11,509 nucleotides of DNA, taken from positions 1 to 11,509 of the forward strand of contig JAUQYZ020000186.1 of NCBI GenBank assembly GCA_030587475.2, written 5' to 3'. Both the position numbers and the translations under genes were made by a program. Positions within the stretch are counted from its first letter, which is position 1. Every line of letters starts with the position of its first letter. The notes under the pieces are model-generated. The model saw only the letters and a program-made list of their open reading frames with translations. It ran no database searches and had not been told where the DNA came from. Of the stretch, positions 7,135-11,509 are shown in pieces. The stretch comes from Candidatus Sigynarchaeum calidifontis. GTDB lineage: Archaea > Asgardarchaeota > Lokiarchaeia > Sigyniarchaeales > Sigyniarchaeaceae.

Positions 7135-8223
7135 ATGATCACTTTCCAATCACCCGCGTGGGAGACCATGAGCGACAAGATCGAGCCATCAGCCCTTTTA
7201 CCAGCCTTCCAGGACTTTCTACAGAAAGGAAAAGCATCGCTGGACGCGAAAAACTACAAGATGGCAGCTGCCAGTTTTAACATTGCCGCGAAGATCTTGA
7301 CCGACATTCAAGCTTCTGGCGGGGAGGTGCCGGAAGCAGACGTGAAAGTCCTCGCGGAGCTCTTGGCTAAAGCTAACGAGGGTAGCGAGAAAGAAGACAA
7401 GCAGGCGAAGGAGACGTCCGGATCGCAGCTCGCCGTCCTGCGCGAGCGCGGCGCCAAGGCCGAGTCCGCGGGCAAGAAGGTCAAGATCATGAGCGTCTTC
7501 CTCTTCGGCCTCGATGCCGCGGGCAAGACCACGTTCATCGATTACATCAACAACGAGCGGTTCATCGACCACGCGCCGACCGTCGGCGTCAGCATCAGCC
7601 GCATCGCGCTCGGCAGCATGAAATTCGTGTTCAACGATGTCGGCGGGCAAGAAAAATACCGCAATGAATGGCGGAAGTACTGGAAGGACCCGGACTTCAT
7701 GGTGTTCATGGTCGACGCGTCTGACAGCGCTAGGTTCGAGTTCGCGAAGGATTATCTCTGGAAGGTCCTCAACGATTTCGTCACCGAGGGTGTCCCGCTC
7801 GTGGTCATGTCCAACAAGATCGACAAGCCCGATGCCAGGCCGCTGGCCGAGGTGGTGAACGCGCTCGATCTCGGGGCGATAAAGGATCGTCTCGTCGGGG
7901 TGTTCGAAACGTCCGTGAAAACGAGCAAGAACATAGACAAGGCGCTCAACTTCGTCGCGAGCACGGCGCTGAGCGACCAGGCCTTGCGACGCTTCGTCGA
8001 TTCCGAGATTGCTCGACTCAACCGCAACCTCGGCGAGTTCTACAAGGCCTATGTCGAGGAAGCGAAGTATCTCGAAGGGCAGAAGGATTTCAAGAAGGCC
8101 GCAGACCGCGTGAACAAGGCCAAGCTCGTGCAAGAGGAGCTGTTCAAGCAAGGATTCTCGAAGGCTGCGAAGGAAATTCAAAAATGTAACGCGTGGATTG
8201 CCAGATTGAATGCAGCGAAATAA
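7135..8223 (+). CDS. Arf-family-like small GTPase with N- and C-terminal helical (MIT/TPR-like) modules
   Basis: G1 GLDAAGKTT (Arf signature), G2 PTVG, G3 NDVGGQ followed by EKYRNEWRKYW (Arf RxxWxxY), MVDASDSARF, G4 NKID, G5 ETSVK. Helical extensions on both sides. Alternative start at 7168 (GGAG upstream). Confidence 0.88.
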   Translation: MITFQSPAWETMSDKIEPSALLPAFQDFLQKGKASLDAKNYKMAAASFNIAAKILTDIQASGGEVPEADVKVLAELLAKANEGSEKEDKQAKETSGSQLAVLRERGAKAESAGKKVKIMSVFLFGLDAAGKTTFIDYINNERFIDHAPTVGVSISRIALGSMKFVFNDVGGQEKYRNEWRKYWKDPDFMVFMVDASDSARFEFAKDYLWKVLNDFVTEGVPLVVMSNKIDKPDARPLAEVVNALDLGAIKDRLVGVFETSVKTSKNIDKALNFVASTALSDQALRRFVDSEIARLNRNLGEFYKAYVEEAKYLEGQKDFKKAADRVNKAKLVQEELFKQGFSKAAKEIQKCNAWIARLNAAK

Positions 8224-8257
8224 ATTCCTGTTTTTTGCATCACCTTATTTTAATAAC

Positions 8258-8470
8258 ATGTCCTCGGTTCCTTGTACGACGTGTGGATAATGCCGACCGG
8301 CCCGAGCACCAATGGCAGATTCGGGTTCGAACCCCTCGGCAAGGCATTATCTCATCGTCGAGGGATTTATTTGTGTCCAAGGGCATTGCCAAACGAAGAC
8401 CATGTGTACGGGTAACGTGGTCTACGGTCGATATTTTTCCCGCTTGATGTCGAATGGAAAAACGAGACCG
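8258..8470 (+). ncRNA. Candidate structured RNA element (leader or ncRNA) upstream of the RuBisCO-like gene
   Basis: Nested complementary segments 8258-8267/8377-8386, 8269-8273/8361-8365, 8277-8281/8356-8360 and 8286-8294/8343-8351 (perfect 9 bp). Further hairpins at 8397-8405/8415-8423 and 8428-8435/8446-8453. No family recognised. Confidence 0.3.
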
Positions 8471-8537
8471 GCAAGAACTTAACGAAAATTGAATATGGCT
8501 TGTATTTGGAAAAAAAAAACGAGCACGATGATATGAT

Positions 8538-9941
8538 ATGAGTACAGACATGAGCACGTGGGCGGAGGCACTGTTGGACGGCATCGATATCGACAAGTTC
8601 ATCGTGTGCACGTACATCGTGTGCTTGCCCTATGATTATGAGAACCAATTTGCAAACATCGCCAAGGTCATCGCGGAGGAGCAGTCGATCGGGACGTGGA
8701 CGCACGTGCCAGAGGAGACTCCCGCGGTGCGGCGGCGCTTCATCGGCAAAGTGCTTCAATGCGTCGAGATCCCCCAGTACGAGGTCATGCGCCCCGAGCG
8801 GAAGAACCGGGTACCCTTCGGTGGCGACGGGCAGATCCCCCTCATCCCGTACTTGATGACCATCGGTTACCCAGCGGATCTTTTCAACGACGATAACTTC
8901 AGTCTGCTCTTGACGTCGATTTATGGCAACATTTCCATGGTAGGGCCAATTAGATTGGTGAGCGTCCGGTTTGGAAAGGAAACAATGAGCCGTTATAAAG
9001 GCCCGACATTTGGCTTGGAGGGTATCTACAAGAAACTCAAGATTCCGCTCGCACCCGATCCCAAGACCCGTCCGGTCACGATCAACATGATCAAGCCCAA
9101 GACGGGTTACACGAAAGATGTCGGAAAGAAGATCTTCTGGGAGGCGGCCATCGGTGGCGTCGACATCATCAAGGACGACGAGATGATCGCCGACTGCAAG
9201 CAAATGGATAACGCGATCGAGGAACGCGTCCCCATGTACATGGAGATGCGCGACAAGAAACTGGCCGAGACCGGCGAGGAGACCATCTACACCGTGAACA
9301 TTTCCGACCGAATGGATAGGATGCTGGAGCTTTATGACAAGGTCGTCTCGCTGGGTGGAAACGGCGTGATGATCAATTACATCAACTGTGGCTGGTCATG
9401 CGTGAAACCACTTACCGACAAGGGCAAGCTCGTCATGCTTGGCCACACGGATGGCGGAGGCGCGTATTACGTTTCACCAATGTCCGGTATCTCGTCCGAT
9501 CTCGTGCTCGGCATCTTCCCGCGCATGCTCGGCGTCGACATCCCGCTCGTCCCGGCCCCCTACGGCAAGGCACCGTACATCGTCGACCGGTACCTCCAGC
9601 TTTGCAAGGCCATCACCATGCCCCTCGGGTACGGCGACCACCAGCTCAAGGCCTGCCTGCCCTTCCCATCCGGCGGCATCCAGACCCAGCACATCCCCCA
9701 ATTGATCAAGGATCTCGGCCCCAACATCGGCATCGGCACGGGCGGTGGCATCCACGCGCACCCCATGGGCTCGATCGCCGGCGCCAAGGCCTTCCGCCAG
9801 GCGTTCGACGCGTGCATGGCAGGCGAATGGGATCTCAAGAAATATGCCAAGGAAAAGAATTTGCAAGAACTTGCCGTTTCCTTGGGCATGATGGACATGG
9901 CACACGATGGCCTCAAGACTATGTTCAAATCGAAGAAATAG
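8538..9941 (+). CDS. RuBisCO-like protein (form IV RLP, probably DeepYkr-like)
   Basis: EQSIGTWT, YGNISM, IKPKTG, GGVDIIKDDE (carbamylated Lys motif), LGHTD, PAPYGK, PSGG, GGGIHAHPMG. It lacks the H-R pair (R295) and the H327 equivalent of bona fide RuBisCO. Confidence 0.92.
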   Translation: MSTDMSTWAEALLDGIDIDKFIVCTYIVCLPYDYENQFANIAKVIAEEQSIGTWTHVPEETPAVRRRFIGKVLQCVEIPQYEVMRPERKNRVPFGGDGQIPLIPYLMTIGYPADLFNDDNFSLLLTSIYGNISMVGPIRLVSVRFGKETMSRYKGPTFGLEGIYKKLKIPLAPDPKTRPVTINMIKPKTGYTKDVGKKIFWEAAIGGVDIIKDDEMIADCKQMDNAIEERVPMYMEMRDKKLAETGEETIYTVNISDRMDRMLELYDKVVSLGGNGVMINYINCGWSCVKPLTDKGKLVMLGHTDGGGAYYVSPMSGISSDLVLGIFPRMLGVDIPLVPAPYGKAPYIVDRYLQLCKAITMPLGYGDHQLKACLPFPSGGIQTQHIPQLIKDLGPNIGIGTGGGIHAHPMGSIAGAKAFRQAFDACMAGEWDLKKYAKEKNLQELAVSLGMMDMAHDGLKTMFKSKK

Positions 9942-9953
9942 GTTCAACCTACC

Positions 9954-9971
9954 TTTCTTTTTCTGTTTTTT
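9954..9971 (+). terminator. Oligo-T archaeal-type terminator after the RLP gene
   Basis: TTTCTTTTTCTGTTTTTT shortly after the stop. Comparable T-runs follow the Arf-like gene (8231-8236), the transporter (11491-11497) and, on the minus strand, GH4 (4393-4400) and the Rab-like gene (5917-5922). Confidence 0.5.
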
Positions 9972-10034
9972 CATTCATGAAAAATGCCGGGCGAGAGATA
10001 CGTCTTATTTACCTTCCGAGCATAGCACGGGATC

Positions 10035-11471
10035 ATGATAGAATCAACTAGCGGTTACCAGGAAAGGCTCCCGGCGCGGTCGAAAGCCGCCTACGCGCTC
10101 GCTAACGGTGCAAATGGGCTCCTTTCCGGGCTCGGGCTGAATAACTTGATTTTTTTTTATTCAGAGAAGCTCAATTTCGACACGAGCCTGCAAGGAATAG
10201 CATGGCTAATTTTCATCGTCGTGAACGCGCTCAACGATCCTATCCTTGGCATTCTCGAAGAACGGGTCAACACCAAGATCGGCCGCAGGATCCCGATCTT
10301 GCGATATGGTGCACCCTTGTACGCAGTGTTATTCATTCTCATGTGGTTCCCCTTTGCCCCCGCCGGTAACCAGCCTCTTCTCTTCGTGAATTACTTGCTG
10401 ATGCTCTGCATATTCGACACCGTGTACTCCATGATCGGCCTCGTGACCTATTCCTTGCCCGCGGAAATGGCGATCACGGCGAAAGAGCGTTCCAGTATCA
10501 TGGTGTATTCCACGCTGATCGGCTTTGTCCCGACGGTCCTTGGCTTCGTCTTGCCTTTGGCACTCTTGAAAAAAGGCCCCGGTGGGGTCCTTGAATGGCA
10601 AGTGATCATGCTGCTGATCGCGGCGATCGGCGGAGGCTTGCTCTACGGAAGCAGCTATTTCATCAAGGAAAATGCCTGGGCGAGGAGAGAACAAGCACTC
10701 GGGTTTGTCGCGAGTATCAAGGAAACGCTCAAGAACAAGCAGTTCCTCGTGCTGGAAGTAAGCATCTTCGCATTGCTCATCGTGTCGACGACGATCACTA
10801 CTGGATTGCTTTATCTTTTCAATTACGTCTTCATCAAGAGTAGCTCCCTCGATTACGCATATTTCATTTTCCCCATCAGTGCGCTGGTCGCGACCATTTT
10901 CTTTTTCAACAAGTTCGTCCCGCGTCTCGGCGTGCGCAAGATTTTCATCATCGGTTCGGTCATTGGTGGGTTAGGATTCGCCATGCTGCCGTTGTTCGGC
11001 CGCCAACTTTCCATACTATGCATTCCGATAACGTTCGTGGCCGTTGGCTTCGCGGCCATCATCATCGGACAGCAACCGCTCATGTCGGACGTGATCGACT
11101 ACGACGAGATGCTCACGGGCAAGCGCCGCGAGACCACCTACAGCGGGGTCAATGCCCTGATCACGAAGGCAGCAATCTCGATCGCTAACTGGATGTTCCT
11201 GGAGATCATACGGGCTTACGGATATAATTCCACTTGCGATGAATGCACCCAGCCAGACAGCGTGGCAACGGGCGTGATCATGGCCTTTACCATCATCCCC
11301 GTGGTCTGCGTTTTTTTCGCGACGATCTCGCTCAAGTACTTCAAGCTCGACGGCCCCGAATGGCTCGCCAAGAAAAAAGCACTGGAGCAAGAGCACCAGA
11401 GAAAGGAGAAAGAATACATCGAATTCTTGTCTCGCCAGGGAAAATTGCCAGGCGGGGAAGCAAAAAAATAA
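10035..11471 (+). CDS. MFS transporter, glycoside-pentoside-hexuronide (GPH/MelB-like) family
   Basis: About 12 hydrophobic segments; NALNDPILG, TKIGRRIP, LPAEMAITAKER, SDVIDYDEMLTGKRRETTYSG. Confidence 0.92.
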   Translation: MIESTSGYQERLPARSKAAYALANGANGLLSGLGLNNLIFFYSEKLNFDTSLQGIAWLIFIVVNALNDPILGILEERVNTKIGRRIPILRYGAPLYAVLFILMWFPFAPAGNQPLLFVNYLLMLCIFDTVYSMIGLVTYSLPAEMAITAKERSSIMVYSTLIGFVPTVLGFVLPLALLKKGPGGVLEWQVIMLLIAAIGGGLLYGSSYFIKENAWARREQALGFVASIKETLKNKQFLVLEVSIFALLIVSTTITTGLLYLFNYVFIKSSSLDYAYFIFPISALVATIFFFNKFVPRLGVRKIFIIGSVIGGLGFAMLPLFGRQLSILCIPITFVAVGFAAIIIGQQPLMSDVIDYDEMLTGKRRETTYSGVNALITKAAISIANWMFLEIIRAYGYNSTCDECTQPDSVATGVIMAFTIIPVVCVFFATISLKYFKLDGPEWLAKKKALEQEHQRKEKEYIEFLSRQGKLPGGEAKK

Positions 11472-11509
11472 AAGATGCAAGATTTTGATCTTTTTTTGAT
11501 TCCCTTGAT

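Noticed and set aside
8292-8345. tRNA gene suggested by GGGTTCGAACCC
   Set aside because: The T-stem has only 3 bp around a 7-nt loop, and no acceptor stem or cloverleaf can be built on either strand.
7219-9203. Long - strand ORFs 7219..8181, 8240..8617 and 8367..9203
   Set aside because: They are shadows of the Arf-like and RLP genes.
8538-9941. Bona fide CO2-fixing RuBisCO (form III)
   Set aside because: It lacks the R295 and H327 equivalents and has an RLP-type PxPYG loop.
1-11509. CRISPR arrays, transposases, integrases, rRNA
   Set aside because: No regularly spaced repeats or corresponding motifs were seen.

Overview
GC-rich archaeal-type chromosomal window. It is most likely from an Asgard archaeon (Lokiarchaeia/Sigynarchaeia-like), inferred from two multidomain Ras-superfamily GTPases, TATA-like boxes and oligo-T terminators. 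Left to right: a small Cys-rich ORF missing from the ORF track; a 2-hydroxyacyl-CoA dehydratase pseudogene (internal deletion, frameshift, in-frame TAG); a 2TM + winged-helix + degenerate YbaK-like protein; an SDR; PadR with a zinc ribbon; a tandem 2TM-domain protein; a GH4 glycosidase; a head-to-head GTPase pair; a strongly base-paired intergenic region; a form IV RuBisCO-like protein; and a GPH-family MFS sugar transporter. The most interesting element is the GTPase pair. One is a Rab-like GTPase fused to a uDENN/longin-like domain that appears to keep the NPRL2/FLCN/SMCR8-type arginine-finger motif. The other is an Arf-like GTPase flanked by two mutually similar MIT/TPR-like helical modules. 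All domain calls come from motif recognition by eye; no searches were run.
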